Notes: generated by a model not told the origin, from the letters alone. Positions 24,887 through 39,687 are shown, counted from the first letter of the stretch. The stretch: DNA of 64,000 nt from Catajapyx aquilonaris (GCA_000934665.2 JYFJ02001851.1:1-64000); one strand, 5' to 3'. Translations and numbers: made by a program.

Positions 24887-27800
24887 GCATATTTGATTTG
24901 TTACCAGAAGCTGTTAGGTTAGAACTAGCAAGCCGAAAGATTGTAAAAAAACATCTAGACACGCCACTTTCACTTCGTGCTTCTAAGCAGGGGGAAAATA
25001 GCAAAAAAATATAGGGGCACGTTTGCACGCCAAACATTGCGTCACACATGACAACAAGGTATGCCGTGTTGGGGGACGTACACAACATTCCTACCTTAAC
25101 CTTTTTGGCGACATTCGAAAGAAGGAGGGAGTGGGTCAACGAAACGGGCAGCGAGTTTCACTAGGTAGATTCAGGGAGTGGATATGCAAGAGGGTAGGGA
25201 CAAATGGAACGAGGGGGTGTTTTTATTGGAATATTGTCGTGTGATCGGAATACTCAAGTGCGGTTCGGGAATGAGAGTCAGCGCGAATAGAATAAGCAAT
25301 GAGTTTTTTTTGAGCGGTCGGTCAGGAGAAATATACGAACCGTTAAAATTTTGAGGTTGGGCTACTTCAAACCGCCAAGATATCTTCACTACATTGGTTA
25401 CGCTGCATGTTGTGGATCGCTCTTGTCTGGTACGAAGTTGTAAAACGTACTGGTCCATTGAATGTTGCACTGGACCGTGTTATAAATTAAGCACAAGGCG
25501 AGAAGATATTCTTGAAAACCCAAAGACAACTTGAAAATGTGGTGATGCGAAATGGCGAAGCAGCCACCATTAACTAGCTAGACTCGGGCCTTAATGACAC
25601 AGTAGCAGACTGACCGAGTCGATGGCGAAGGGTGTAATGGCACAAAACAAGACGAGTAGGTAGGTAGACTCTAAAACGCTGCACAAGAGAAGGGTAGCGT
25701 CGTACATGCAGAATAATGACAGGGAGCAAGTAAGGGCCATTACAGCATTTGCCTTCATTTGACAAGCTCTGTCGCCGTATACGGTGGTTACAGTGGATTG
25801 TGGGACATTTTCCGCCTCTGTCTTGTCGTGTTGTGTGTCTACCATACCTGCAGATGTGCTGCTTTTTGCCTGCCATGCGCGTGTCTACGTGTCAGCTGAC
25901 AGTACATCGTGATCGATGTACGGGGCGTCACTTTGCACCGCAACATTTCCAAGCAATTGTGTGTGCGGCCGAGATTACTGTTGAGTTTGCTACACCCTGC
26001 TGTATGAGTTATACGCCAAACTAGATCAGTTTTTCCAAACGACATGGTCCATACTTTTAATTCATAGCCTGTAAATTTGCCCTTGTTATGCCATTTTTGA
26101 GGGGACCACTCTTAATAAGTCTTCATGAAGTCAATAACAGCCCTGGAATTTGCAAAGCAGTACTAGGGCAATAACGCCCGAAACTTGTTATTTTCAGCCA
26201 TATGTAACTGCAATAAAGTAACCCTCCCGCCAAATTGTGTTGGAGCTTACGATGCCACAATATGTCATATTCCCTACAATGCATATTAAGCCTACATATG
26301 TTGACTGGACATCGTTCCCCGTGCCATCCAGTCGTGGAACACAAAAAATGGTGCACTTGAACTAGAAATGTGTTCATTCATCTCGTATTACTTATCGAGA
26401 TTGAGTTACTCTGCAGCACCTGACTGAGCGGAGTAAACAAGTCTTTCAGATTGGATTACAACTCGAGCGCAGGTAATCATCGGTGAATTGGTAACATTTA
26501 TCGCGTTTTATTCCTGAAGTGACCTGAGGCATCAAATTACAAGCTCGAATACAGAAGGAGCCGGATTTGGGGAAAGAGGGGCCGAATAAATGCGATATTG
26601 GCAAATTGGTGGGGGTGGACCAGGTTAATGCGTTTGTTTACTGTGAGGAAGGTGGGTGGTTGAATTACTCCGCCTAACTTCATTGGAATAGAGCGTGAGT
26701 CATTATACCCTCGAGGACACTCCATCTTTCAGTAGAAACACGAGGATCAGACAGAGGTTTAGGGCATGGATGCAATCCCACCCCCTCACCCCCCTCTATT
26801 TTTTGAGGTAAATCCAGGTGTTATAGCACTTTTAGCCTGTTAGCGTTTTAAATCCCCATGGCTGTATTAATGAGATTGCCATTGTCAGGAGCCATGTATG
26901 ACTTGTTTGGGGTTTTGGCACACAAATAGCATTATTGTTACACACCGGTGGAGGCACACTAGAGCCTGCCCTGAAGGCGTAACGAGTTTTACGCCATAGG
27001 CTCAACGGGGCATGGAACACTACAGTGAAATAGGTCGCGCCAAAATTGCATTTTTGGTCTTTGCAGCAATAGACTGCACATTCGCCGGTTGGCTAGAAAC
27101 ACTGAGGTAGCGGTGCGCGATGATGGAATTATTACTTTTTAACACTGCGATTCCAACCAGGTGTTTTATTTAGTGAAAGACTCGTTCGCCAAGAATGGGA
27201 CCATAGTGACGGTGCTTTATTATGGTTCATGTCGGCGGATACTACTTGTAGTACAGAGTGAGAGATTGTGATGCCACAAGAGGAATGGGCATAGGCCGAA
27301 ATTGGGTGAGTTCTCGCCAATTTAATAATATTGTTGCGGCGACTAAACCATTCTCCTTCGTAGCTAAAAAGCGCAGATATATGCCATGGGCGCTGGCACA
27401 ATAATTTGCAATGAAACTAGCACATAGCGCATGTTCAGGAGGGTATAATCCCCTCCTCCCCTTGGCACTCCCTGGCTACACCTACGCCCAAATGTCAACA
27501 CTACAACAGTTGCGTGCAGCAACGTCTGAGCCTACGCAACGACTGCGTATTGGTGTATTCTAGTTGACCAAAATTTAATCAACCGGTTTTTATTTGAAAT
27601 TCAGTTGCGCTGTAATAGGATAAGTTAAATCTCTACGTCAGACAAAGGGCGCCGCCTGAAGCTGTAGTACAGGTCGGCGTGTACTGTATACCTGAACTGT
27701 GGTAGCCAAGAAACCTTTGTTTAGGAAACACATGATCTGTAGAGCGCCTGTAGGTGAGCAACTTGATTTGCAGACTGCTAACACTATTCCTCGTCCCCAG

Positions 27801-28271
27801 GAATATAGAAAATTCTCAGATTATGGCATTTAAGCGTATACGCCATTACCGTTTTCGCTCTCAGTCCGCGATGTAATCTATGCGGCTTTTGTCCGAACTT
27901 GGCATTTACCTCCAGTTAAGCACTTAATTGAACTGCATAACTAGCTCCACCAATAAGAACCTTGCATCGGTGGACAAGGCAAGCCCAAAATCTGGGAATA
28001 GTCATTTGAGACTATCCGTGTTTGTGGCGCCAGATACTATCTAATTTGATAAACATGGCGTCTTGGCGCTAGACGAGCAAAGAGATGCGTGGCCGACCCT
28101 TTGGTGGGTTGACACACTGGCGGGGATGTTGTATGGGAGAAATTATTCACAAAGCCTGCCCTGAAGGAGATGACGTTGAGTCGGCGTCGATATGTGTGCC
28201 TAGAGAGTATCCAAGTAGCCAAGGGCGCCCTGTTGCTCCGCAGTGATAATTCATTCCTGCCAGGCAGGCCT

Positions 28272-28367
28272 CTTCCTTTCTTCCTTTCTTCCTTCCTTCC
28301 TTCCTTCCTTCCTTCCTTCCTTCCTTCCTTCCTTCCTTCCTTCCTTCCACCTTCCTTCCTTCCTTCC
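28272..28367. repeat. (CTTC)n microsatellite
   Basis: Long TTCC tandem run seen directly. Confidence 0.95.
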
Positions 28368-30119
28368 TGTTGGAGTTTATTTGTATTTGCAATGGCTTCT
28401 ACCGAGGTTTGCAGCCATATGCAGGGGGCATATATGAAGGGCAGCCGAGTTGAGGATGAGCAACATGGCGCCTGGGTAGCAAATTGATATACTTCTCTCT
28501 GGGCCTAGCCAATTTGGAAAGCCGGACCGTAAATAATGCCTGCCTTGAAGTGCACTCCAGCAGACGTATCGAGCGGTTGCTACCCCAGAGCTCTGTCCCC
28601 TCTTCTCCCTGCCTACCCCTCCCTGTCTCCTTTTCGTCCGACCAAACAAGGAGGGTCATCTGGCAGTGGGATTGGTCCATTGCTTCAAAATTAGTACATA
28701 GCTGCGCCGGGCAGGAAACTCTATTTCCCAGGCAAGATGAGATGGGATGGTTGCCTGTAGTATCCATAGTTACTTCCCTACTTTTCAAAACAATAGCTGT
28801 AGGCAGAGATTTCACCGTCCTCGCCTGCATCCAGGACGGGGTAGGAATTAACATGCCTCTGCTGTTTGCTTTTTCCTCCATTGTAATTTATTAGGACAAT
28901 ACTTGCATAGTGAGTCATGATTGGAAGTATAGTTCAGTTCGGCTTAAAGGGCCACATCAGAATTGAACCGTTCAGGCTTAAATTACATTACGCAAACGGG
29001 TATCTTCAATGTATGGCACAATATAGAGTAATTATGTTGTCAACGATGGTATACGACCATTACTGACCTAGAGAAGGACACCCATTACTCTAAAATGTAT
29101 GTCATTGAACAATCTGAAAGTATGAGTGGGATTCGTGTTGATATTAAGCACAATTGAGCTGAGGTAAATAATGGGTTTGGACAGCTGTCAGTATATGCCT
29201 AATGAAAGAAGTAGGCGAAAGAGAGGACAAGTGAAGCTGGTATTTGCGAAGGCCAATATGATAAGAGCAGCCTTCAAATTGATGAACTCCGGACCGGTTT
29301 TGGTTCGGTCAGTTCCGCATTTTTATTCTCGCTTTGCATTGTAAATGACGGAGTTTCATACGCTATTGTTGTAGGGGGGGGGGGGAGGAGGCAGCGTCTG
29401 CCTTGAGGAACGAGATACATTTGGAAACTGGAGTCGGCGCCGAAAAAGACAATCTGTGGAACCGGAATAAAGCGTTATCAGGGCGGAGGAAAATGTGCAT
29501 GGAGTATACTGTACCGCTCTGCCGATTGAGACAAGTGCATTGTTGGGAATGAGAGCGAGGTATTGATTGTACGTGGCGGGACTTGGTGATGCAGGTTTGG
29601 AAGTGCCGAGAAAGAAAATTTCCAGGCAATATAGGAAATATTGCGTAACATCCAAATTCCACTTTTACGATTGTTGTAATTCATTGTAGCCACGCTGACA
29701 TTCCTCCACTTGGGATGGTTCTTCCAAACTAGGGCGTAGGATTTTATAGAGCTGCTTGCCAGCAGTAATGCAGGCAAGTTACTGTCGTCAATAGTTTGTT
29801 TCATGTCCCTGAAACATGGGAGTACTTACCATTATTGGAATTTTGGTGGCTCCGGCGGGCTTGGTGTAGAAACGCCTGAAAGTCGCCGAAAAAAAAACGC
29901 GTGTCCCTCCGGAGCCAGACGAGGTTTTGCGTAATGCGGACCATGGCTGCGTTCCAATACCGCGGCTCAACGTTGGCGCCGAAATTTTTTATGCTGGACT
30001 CAGAATTGATGCCTCCTACCTCCTTACTGCATTTTAGGCGGTGTTTGCGAACTACCACTGGCAGTAATGCCGCGATAAGGAGCCAAGTTTTTTTATTGAA
30101 ACCGGCTGGAATAATTATA

Positions 30120-30899
30120 CGTGGGTTGATTCATAAGTCATTGCGCGTATTTTTTAATTCAAAAACGGTAACACATACAGATATGACCTTTGCTGAGTTT
30201 TGAAGATCTGGCGAATAAAATTTGATCTGGCATATAGATGTCGCGAATATTGCGAGGGGGGTGGGGAAACAAAAGGATCATGACCCCCCACCGCACCATC
30301 GTCCTAAGACGGCTCCAGCCTGACGCGCTTGGAGCTGTTGGACGTTGTTGCATGCTGGACACTCGGAGATGGACAACACTGGAGCTTGCTTTCGAGTGTG
30401 GGACAAGTCAGAGCACTATGCTTAGGACTCTGAAAGACTAAAAGGTCTCAGGAAGTTGGCATCCTCACTGGTTCCTCTCCATCTCTTTGAGGTGCAAAAG
30501 TGCCACCATTTTGCCCTCGCTTGGAACTCGATCGCATTGAGGGCGATGGTTTTTTAAAAAACTGCCTGTGGCGATCGATGGATGACACATGGCCGGAAAT
30601 AGTTCTCTGACTTGTCCCACACTCGAAAGCTAGCTCCAATGTTGTCCATCTCCGAGTGTCCCGCATGCAGCGTCCCAACAGCTCCAAGCGCGTCAGGCTG
30701 GAGCCGTCTTAGGGGGATGGTGCGGTGAGGGGGTCACGATCGCCTTTTGTTTTCCGGCCACCTTGCGATATGGGAGACATCTATATGCCAGATAAAATTG
30801 TAATCGCCGGATCTTCAAAACTCAGCCAAGGTCATCTGTGTATGTGTTACCGTTTTTAAATAAAGAAAATACGCGCAATGACTTATGAATCAACCCACG
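30120..30899 (+). mobile_element. mariner-derived fold-back element, family C copy 1 (TA TSD, ~300-bp arms)
   Basis: TA|CGTGGGTTGATTCATAAGTCATTGCGCGTATT ... AATACGCGCAATGACTTATGAATCAACCCACG|TA; arms 30120-30419 and 30599-30899. Encodes degraded mariner transposase motifs DTRRWTTLELAFECGTSQSTMLRTLKD, GLRKLASSLVPLHL (WVPH-like) and EGDGFLK..VAID. Confidence 0.92.
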
Positions 30900-33800
30900 T
30901 ATTTCGTTGAATTATGCTGGCAAAAGAATTATGGATATTTGCTGAATGACTTGTCGTGCGAGTGTTCCACTTTTCCTGTTATTGAGACGAAAGTCTTGTG
31001 ATGGCCTGGATGTATGCCGACATGGGAGAACGGTTGGGAATAATCCAACTGAAATTGGCACTGTGGAACAACAAAGTCACAATAGGTTAAGATCTCTCCC
31101 GCTATATATTTTAATGCTTTATTTAGAAATGAAGAGTGTTTATAGAGCGCACACAATAATTGTGACCCTGAGGAGGGAGGGAAAGTGGGCAGGTTGGGTA
31201 ACTGAATAATGCTTTCCACGCCGTAATATAATGGGGTGACGGACAGGTTTTCTGGCTGTAAAAAAATTTATGAAATGGTGTAATGGAATTGCATTCTGGA
31301 CTCATTCTTGAAGTTGAACGCCGTCTATTAGTTGGCAGTGTCGCGTGAAATGCGGTCTTGTCTGCTTTGTCGTTTCATCTCACCTGTTGGGAGAATGGAA
31401 CGTGACTTGATTAGGGGTATCGTGCTTATTTTCTTTGACGAAAATCCGAATTGAGAAAGCAATCTTGGAACTCGTTGCGCCGTTGACAAGATTTTGTCGT
31501 TCAGGTTACCTCCGGAATGATTTGTCCCTTTTTCGAATCTGCAATCTGATGCTTAAATTTATACGCACAATACCACGATTTTCTACCAGCCAGGATTGAC
31601 AGGCATGTGATAATGAAGGTGGCATCAAAAGCCGCAGTGACATCGATCAGTTTTTAATATTTTAAAATAATTTACGAATAATATCGCAGTTATATAGTCA
31701 TCATGTGAACTGATAAGGTTAATATGTGGCTTTAAATCGAGAAACTTTGCATTGCAATTGTTTTATTAAACAGGACCGCCAGTGCCTGTTGTGTAAATTA
31801 TGTTTGGTTGATGACCTACAGTATTTAGACTAGTCTCTAGAGTCTCCGCACGCGCAGATAAATATGGTGTAATTTGTAGAGGGGAAGTTGACGTCACAAG
31901 CTAGTGTCAACATGACGAGACTGATCTTGTTGACGCGAATTGACCATGTTGAATTCGAGGGAAGATCGCCCTTCTTTGAGTTTGATTTTATTTTAGTACC
32001 TGGAATAAGTGGCACTTGGAGAACCAGAATGGTAGCCTTCCATCTGATGAGCTGTTTTTGAGTCGAGTATCTGACGTTTTGCCGGAAGGTGGTGTGGTAG
32101 AGGATGCGCCATGTCAGCTGGATTTGCATTAGGTGACTCAGCAGCTTCCGCCGTTTGCTCGCCCCCATGCGTAAGGTCATTCCATCACGGACTACCACAG
32201 TTTCACTAGAATTTTCAAGGTGGCTTTTGGATAAAACTATATGAGAGATTATACGCTCCCGAAATGTAATCGGTTCACGCAGAGAAATTAAGCTGTTTCC
32301 AACCTATACAATAAAATAACTACATGAGTAGGAGAGATTACGCAAGTAATTCAAAATGTTAGTGATTTTGAGGCCCCCATACATGGAATTGTTTTAAACT
32401 CCAAATTTCCGAAGTGAAAAATTAGGCGTATTGTTCCTTCGTGACGAAGTATCAAGTGGGATATATTAGAACTCAAGTTGATGAGAAAAATCTCTTGAAA
32501 TTGTCCACCTTCACATTGTAGTGCAGCTCGTAAATGACTCGAGTGATTGGTTTAAAATAAATTTTAAATTAAACGAGGTTTCATGCTAATTCTCGCCGTG
32601 GGTAATTTGAGCGAATACGTTTATGTAGATGATGGCGGCGGCTTTCGTTTTTCCAGCGCCCATCATTACATGGATGCTATACATTGTTTTTAATTCGGAC
32701 TAACTGTACAGTATTAGCGGCACACACCGAATGACACGAGTGAAATTCAAGGAAGTGATTCTTCATACGCGCTCTTCCAGCTAAAACCATCCCGTGCCTG
32801 TCAGAGAATAGAGGGAGATTTCCAAGAATCCCTCGCATTCCACATCGCCCAACTTGGCGAACCATGATAATTATTTACTCAACATAATCGTGTATCACCT
32901 GGTTAGACATAAAATCAGTGGGCATTGAAGAAATAAACTATTTAGTCACATTTACAGGAAACTTAAAGCACCGCGGAAAGGCATTGATGTCGTTATTTTG
33001 CTGACGGTATGATCTGTTGACAATATAGGTCAGAATATTGATTGCAGATCATCACGCTTATTGCCAGTTAAAAATAGATGGCGATAAATCTATTATATTT
33101 TTGTTCCTGGATGCGCGTTAAATTGGTCTTCGATTTGTTTGACTATTAACTTTTGACCTTGTCCAGAAACATTCGAAGAGGATCAGGTAAAACCTGGCTG
33201 CAAGACAGCATGTCGATTGTGGCTTTCTCGTTGAAGGATTGGAACAGGGAAACACTTTCAATGCGTACAGTACTGGTATATTGTTTACAGGCAGTGGGAG
33301 GAGAAATGGTTCAGCCTGGACGCTGCTGCCCACGAATAGAAAGAAAAGTTTGCTACGAACAACCCTCCCCTTCAATCGATTTCGAGAGTTTTTCCCAAAC
33401 TCGTTTGTCAGAAGCTTTGTAGTGTAAAATCGTTCCTGAAATCTGCATCTGCCAATATAACATGCTCAATACCTCAAATTGCCTCTAAGAAACCAATATA
33501 GGGAATGACGTTTGAAGAAATATTTTTAGTTATGCTCAACTTTGAATGCGGTGTATTTAACCACAACTCTATGCTTCTGGAAGAGAGTGGCCGTAATACT
33601 GCAATTCACCAATTTTGCACACTCACACACACACCCACACATTCAGATTGAGCAAAATAAAATAATTCACGAGCACTCTCAGCTGGTGAAGTGGCTTGAA
33701 ATGACACGTAAAAAATAATTGTTCCGGGACCACTTCTAACTTTAAATAGGAGAATGTACCTCTCTAAGTGTGTCGGTAACGTCGCTTCTTTTTAATAACC

Positions 33801-34049
33801 ACATGAAAGTAGCTGAGATTTGTGCTGTCAGGTCCAAGGATTAGGAACGAACATTGTTTCAGAGAAAATCGCTGAGCAGTTTCGTTTCTCAGTCGGATAT
33901 ATCTGTGTTGCTGAAGTCTCCCTGGGGATGCCTGCTTGGCTTTGAGAAACGACTCGGCCATCCTCAAGACCTCGTCGAAATTCTGGATGATTTTCTTCAT
34001 TTTTGCTACCGACGTGATCGAAGGCCAAGAGTGGATTGGAGCCTACAGG

Positions 34050-34460
34050 AAGGAGTCAAGTTTGCAGTATTAGTTGCAAAGAGGTCGATTATAACAGGCT
34101 CGAGGGCGAGATTCTGATTTTGCCTGCATCCTAGCCATAATCTAATTTTCATATCATCAACATTTATCGACTGTGTTGGGGGGTTATGGAAGATGGCCGC
34201 CAGCCAGATGAGGTTTAGTACAGGGAGTAGAGTCGAGATGAAGTATGGGCGTGATTCTTAGCAGCAAGAGGAATCTTCCAATACGAACTAGTATGGTCTG
34301 CCAACCTAAATAACGTTTACTCCAGGAGGTCTGTATGCGGAAGTATGATTTTTGCAAGTATCTATTTCGTTTTATCAAGACCACCCGTGAATACTATAAT
34401 GTGGGGATCCAGCTCTACTGAATCAACAAATCATGGATTGATGCAGAGTACTCAGTCTGC
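34050..34460 (-). pseudogene. Possible degraded APE endonuclease fragment of a CR1/L2-type LINE
   Basis: Minus strand with frameshifts: VLCIN...LDPHIIVFT(G/EW)LD ... FLL/LAAKN ... ACYNRP, in the order of the APE motifs (N, PDII.TETWL, GGGV, CYRPP). By eye only. Confidence 0.35.
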
Positions 34461-37400
34461 TGGAGAGAGCGAGGACGTTTCGTGTCTGGGGATTTACTCG
34501 ACGAAGTTAACTCAAACTTGCGATATAGCGTCGTTAGAGTTTGGGGGCATGATTTGATTTGATTTATTGATGTTTTGGGGGGTAGGGAAAATGTGGCCTT
34601 TGCGCGCTTCCTTATTACATGCTCCTCATTTCTCCTCTTCCTGAATTGTACTTGATTCGATTCCTGGGTTCAATGGCCAATTTTTAAGGATTCTTATGTA
34701 TTACTAAGTTTTGAACCTTTGTATATGACCAGGAGTCAAGGAAAATGACAGAAATATGGAATAACCCAAATCGCATTGGAGGCCTCTTGGTGGCATTTTT
34801 GGGGAAGGGGTGGGGGATAGTTAAGGCAAAACGAAAGTGATGGGAAATTTATGTGAATTTGTTTCTACCGCGTCGATATATCGACTTTTTTTCTCTGTTC
34901 TGGTAAAACGCGAAGTTGTCAACCTATGGAACAGGATGCGGGGGGATTTAAATAGAAAATGCAATGAAAGAGAGAAAACGGCGTATCGATCGTTACACTC
35001 CCTTGTGCTGCACAGGTCTCATTTAATAATCCGTACATACTTTTTTCCCCCTTCAAACTCCACGATAATTACGTAATGAAAATTTAGCACTGTTTATCTT
35101 CAGAGTTTATAGCAAACAATTTCTAAGTGTTACTTTGGAAACAGGAGACCGAATTATGCACCGTATACTGTACATAAGAATAGAAGTCCCTCCGTAGTTG
35201 GCAAACATCCCTTAGCGGAATGAATTTGATATTATTTTGTAATATTCGAGAAGAGCGCGCGCTTAGCAGCAACGTTGTCATTCAAGAGAATCCCTTCCCA
35301 ATACTAGTGTTTGGAGTAGGAAACTGGGTAGGCGAGACTGCCGATTACAGGCTATTCAAGATTGCTGTGCAAGAAATGCCTCCTTTAGCTGTAGGAGGCT
35401 ATTCCGACATAATAGAAAACGGAGGAATATGAGGTTTTCGGTGTTCAAGCTCCGGATGCTGAGCAAGAGCCTCTCGTAGTTGTCGCCATGTTTACCAGGA
35501 AATAGAGGAGCGGTGGCGCTTGAAATCTGGTCGGAAAAGCCGGGACATGATTGGTTCCATGCGAAATCAAGCGCTTTGTTTTGTTTATTCCTGGTAGAAA
35601 CTCGTGCAATCTGTTAGCAAAGGAAATGCAGGAGCATGATGCTTAGGTTGTTCTAAGAAGGCGGTTTTAAACACTCAGCAGGAACAAGTGACTCTGTAAA
35701 CATGCCAATGTACGTTAGGGGTGGGACCGACTAACTATTGAATCCCGAACCAATTAGAAGGTCGAAATATAGGCTGGGCAAGTGGGCATGCCCATAATAA
35801 GTGAGAATGTTGTCAAGGTAGAAAAATTGAAAGATTTCAATGCCGAGGTGGAATCGACAGTTTCCTACATTTTGACATCCAAACAGGTTATCTACTTAAC
35901 ACAATAAAAATTTAGGGCGAGGTCTTTAGTCATAATTTTTTAAGAAATGGTCGTAATAAGGGGAAAAATTATCGTAATAATGAGCCTCGATGTACCAAGC
36001 CCAAACCAAAGTAATAAGGCGTGACCAGTAAAAACGCAGTTTGCTTACTCCAAACATGTTTTAAAGCGAAAAATTGACTTAATGAAGCCAATAAATTCGT
36101 ATTGAACTGAACACTAGTGAAATATTTTACCCCGACGAGAAACTCATTTTTCGACCATGCTGACTTGATGTTCTCGCCGACTGTAGTACAACCCTGCCTA
36201 GGGCATGGAGGGCATTTATAATGAATCACACTGCGCCAGGACAACTCAAAAAATAGAAGGAATCTGTCGGAATCAAGTTGTCGAGTCGGGCTCGGTCCGA
36301 CCACTGGCGCGCCTTCCTGATGGAAAATCGTTAATAACCCGGGGCACACACAAAAAGTCCAACTCTAGGTTTTCAGCAAAACCTGTCTTGCACGTGGAAC
36401 CTCCTAGTAGCGGCCATAGTTGCTGAATTCAATGAATTTCCAGCAATCCTAATTTTCGTATAGGTTGACTCCTTGATAGGCATAGTAACGGTGGTTCTAG
36501 TTGGGCTTGGCCACTTGATTCTGAGATGCGCGTTGCTAGTAGGATGATGAACTCAGACATTGGCGTCTGGAGGGGCGGGGTTATGGAGGGCATGTGGACC
36601 TGCAGCCGTCGAGTGCGAATCCAGAATGCTAATTTCGTGCGCGGTAAATTCCTGGATGCGAAATTGCAGGAGCGGAGCTTGTGGAGCACTGGCATGGCGA
36701 CAATTTCTCCATTATGAGTATTTTTAAAATTCCGGACCAAATTCTCGTGTGGTGCAAAACAGAAAATGGAGTCAACTTTTTGAGTGCATATTGGGCTCGA
36801 ATGTGAAACAATTAATGGCAATATTGTGTGTACTGTAGGTGTGTGAATATGGTCCCGTCGAGAGAATTTTTCGAACGAACTGGTTTCAATTTAGGCTCTG
36901 TCCGTGGATACACAGCCTCGCTTTGGCCTTTGATGTTCCCTTCTGACAACAAACAAGAGCGCGTGTGTCAACTTCCTGTCACAACTTTATTCGAAACCTT
37001 TTGTTTAGCTTTGGCTGTCCGAATCTTCTCCCTCACACTATCCCTCTTATGGGGAAATCTGTAGGCTCTTCACGAAGCTTGCGGAAACAAAATCGTCCAA
37101 AAATGTGAAGAGTATGCGGTGCGTTACTTGGGGAGGGGGGGGGGGGGTTGACATACCACTATCAACTATCCTATTTTAAATGATTATAGGTCTATTATTA
37201 ACAAAGAAATTGCTTATCTCTGTATAGTGCAAGAAAAACGGGGTAGTGAAACAGGGTTTAAAGTCGTATAATACTGTAGTAACTCTCAGAAGCACTGTAG
37301 CTGTAGGTAACTTAAAAAATTATGAAACTTACGTGCACTGTACTTGATGTTTACGTAAATAATTGATGGGAATTAAGGAATGGAAGTGCTATTTTTATAC

Positions 37401-39332
37401 ACCTAGTTTTGCACGTAAGTATGCATGGAAAACTGCTGGTGTAATTTTGCTCTCAGCTCTTCAGGGAGAAAAGTCAGCATGCAGGACTTTTAACTGACGT
37501 AAAATAGCGCAGCAACTGACATGCATGTGCATGCTTTTTCGGGAGATATACCGGTAATGTATTAATAACGTGCATTGTGAAGGAACACTAACGGGTAGTG
37601 CCTGCGGATTACAGGAAGTACTAGCTTAGGAATGAAATTCTGCTCAAATGTGGCAGATCCGGAAATCTATAGTTGCTGTATCGGAGTCCAGATTTCCGGA
37701 TTAAGAACTAAGATGTGGTTTATGTCCAGCTTTGCAACGCATCGAGATATCTTTTCCATTCAGCCGGATATGATTGAAAACGAAAGCTATACAAGTGGTT
37801 CCCTTGAGAATGTGGGGCACATTCAGCGGTTCTTAATGAATGCTGAAGTCATTGGCCTTTTTTTTTTTCAACCAGAAGAACATTTAGGTTGCAATTTGGA
37901 GGGAGAAATGGGTAACAGCAGGAGTTACAAGGGTAACGTAAAATGGAACGGCAATTGACAAAGGGTGAGTAAAAAAACATCGAGTGCTGGAAACTCCGAA
38001 TCCTCCTTGTTAAGCCGTTAATAGGAAAAGTTTCCCCATCTTGGCAGGGCTCTCCCATTGGGGAAAAACGCGGGTTTTGGGCTTGTATGGGAAGGCGGGG
38101 AGGGGAATAAGCGGAAATGGTCCAGCTTCCAGGAAAGACAACGAATTTAGGAAGAAATTATACCCTGCCAGTTTTCTCAAGAGGAGAAAACAGGGACATG
38201 GAAGATTAAATTTATTCCCGGGCGATTGTTTCCGTGAGGTTTAAGGGACGGCTATAAACGTGCCCGGCCCAATCATTTTTTTAAATGTCGTGGTACTTGA
38301 AATTTTGCTATAGGAAGAGATTGGTGGCATGGAATAGTGAACCACATTTTGCTCCGATCGAATCCGGGCATCGAAGTGAGGACCTCTTTGGCCATGGTGC
38401 TGGTTCCCTGCAAATTGTGTGTGGCATGTGTGTATAGAAAATGTTGGTCAGTTGCATTGCTGACGGGTTACACGGACGATGTGGAAGGTTTTCAGTTATT
38501 TGATGAATGCTCCATGGAACATGACAGCGCATCAGGCTGCGTGTCAACAAGGCGATGCAAATGCAGATCCATTGCATGGTCTTACATTACTCGCGAAGCA
38601 TGATAGCGCTAAGGTGACTTCTATGGAGCAGTCTCTATTTGCCAGGCCAGTTTATAATAAAGCAAGTATAAATATGTGTCGAAGAGGTGCACATATTCCC
38701 CGGAAGTATCAGAAGGCTAAGAACATCAGCCTACAAATGTTTTGGTTCTAAGAATGACGGAGCAAAACATGGCTAGCTAGTTTTTCAAATTCTTGTTGAA
38801 TATTTTTCGTACACACCCCCATCAATTCGCACAAAAGAGCGATCCTCTGACAAGTACGGCATGATGCAACGATGACACTTTCGGGAAATGAAGGCTGCCA
38901 CTACCTGATTTGACGTTGTTGATGCTATTGTCATGGCACGACTCAAGACGAAGTAATTGTAATTCTATGAAAATGTTTGACGCCAATCTCTTTCTTAGTA
39001 GTTTTCTCGATATGCGTGTGTATATTTATATTTACTTTTTTATCTAATCTTCATGTTCATAGGCGCAAAACATTATTGTGATCTACCCACGTGCTATCTG
39101 CAGAATTGGTTACATAAGCACAAGGTGAACAAGCCGTAAAGTGTGGGGAGCAAGGCCGTCGCAGGCGCAATTGGGGCCCCGGTTTCAAGGGTTTGAGGGG
39201 TTCAAGGTCACACGAGCTTAGGTGAATGTGGGAGATTTGAATGGGCGTGTATTTGATGAAATTGGTAGCACTTTTTTCAAAAAGTCATGAATTAGTAATT
39301 TTTAATGCTATTTCAAACTGTCCTGTATATAG

Positions 39333-39381
39333 TCGCGGTCCGGACAAAATGGCGTCGCGGTCCGCCAGTTGAATAGCCCTG
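39333..39381 (-). mobile_element. hAT-like terminus remnant
   Basis: Reverse complement CAGGGCTATTCAACTGGCGGACCGCG with repeated GCGGTCCG motifs. Confidence 0.45.
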
Positions 39382-39404
39382 CTATATACTGTATATCCCG
39401 AATG

Positions 39405-39687
39405 GACCGAAGCAGTTTGGTGGAGTGGCTATAGGGTCCGACTGCTAATCGGGAGGTCCTGGGTTCGAGCCCCGGCAACTCTAACCGTGGTTTTCTGTGG
39501 TTTCCCAATGTCCCTCCAGGAGAATTCCGGAGTTGTTTCCTAAATTAATAGGCCACAGCCGCCTCCTTCCTTCCCTATCAGATCCCAAAAAGCAAAGTAA
39601 AAAATAATGTACGCAAGAGTTCCAGACAAAACAAAAATCCCCCCTAAAGAGCCGAAAAAGGCTGATACGGGGTAAGATATTATTATC
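39405..39687 (+). mobile_element. tRNA-derived SINE, family A, copy 2
   Basis: GACCGAAGCAG..TGGTGGAGTGG (A box)..GGTTCGAGCCCC (B box), same core and tail as copy 1; TSD ATAT(C/A)CCGAATG at 39393-39404 and 39688-39699. Confidence 0.92.

Noticed and set aside
24634..25139. Poly-I, poly-N and poly-L ORFs (and poly-Y/S at 46.6-47.0 kb)
   Set aside because: These are translations of microsatellites.
28377..28894. ORFs with SISICYPGA, faintly like CR1 ORF1 esterase
   Set aside because: Single short motif without the GDS catalytic block; unsupported without an HMM search.
39405..39480. tRNA gene (also at ~10135-10208, 47100-47177, 60310-60386, 63361-63430)
   Set aside because: A/B boxes continue into SINE bodies, most with TSDs; there is no complete cloverleaf or poly-T terminator.
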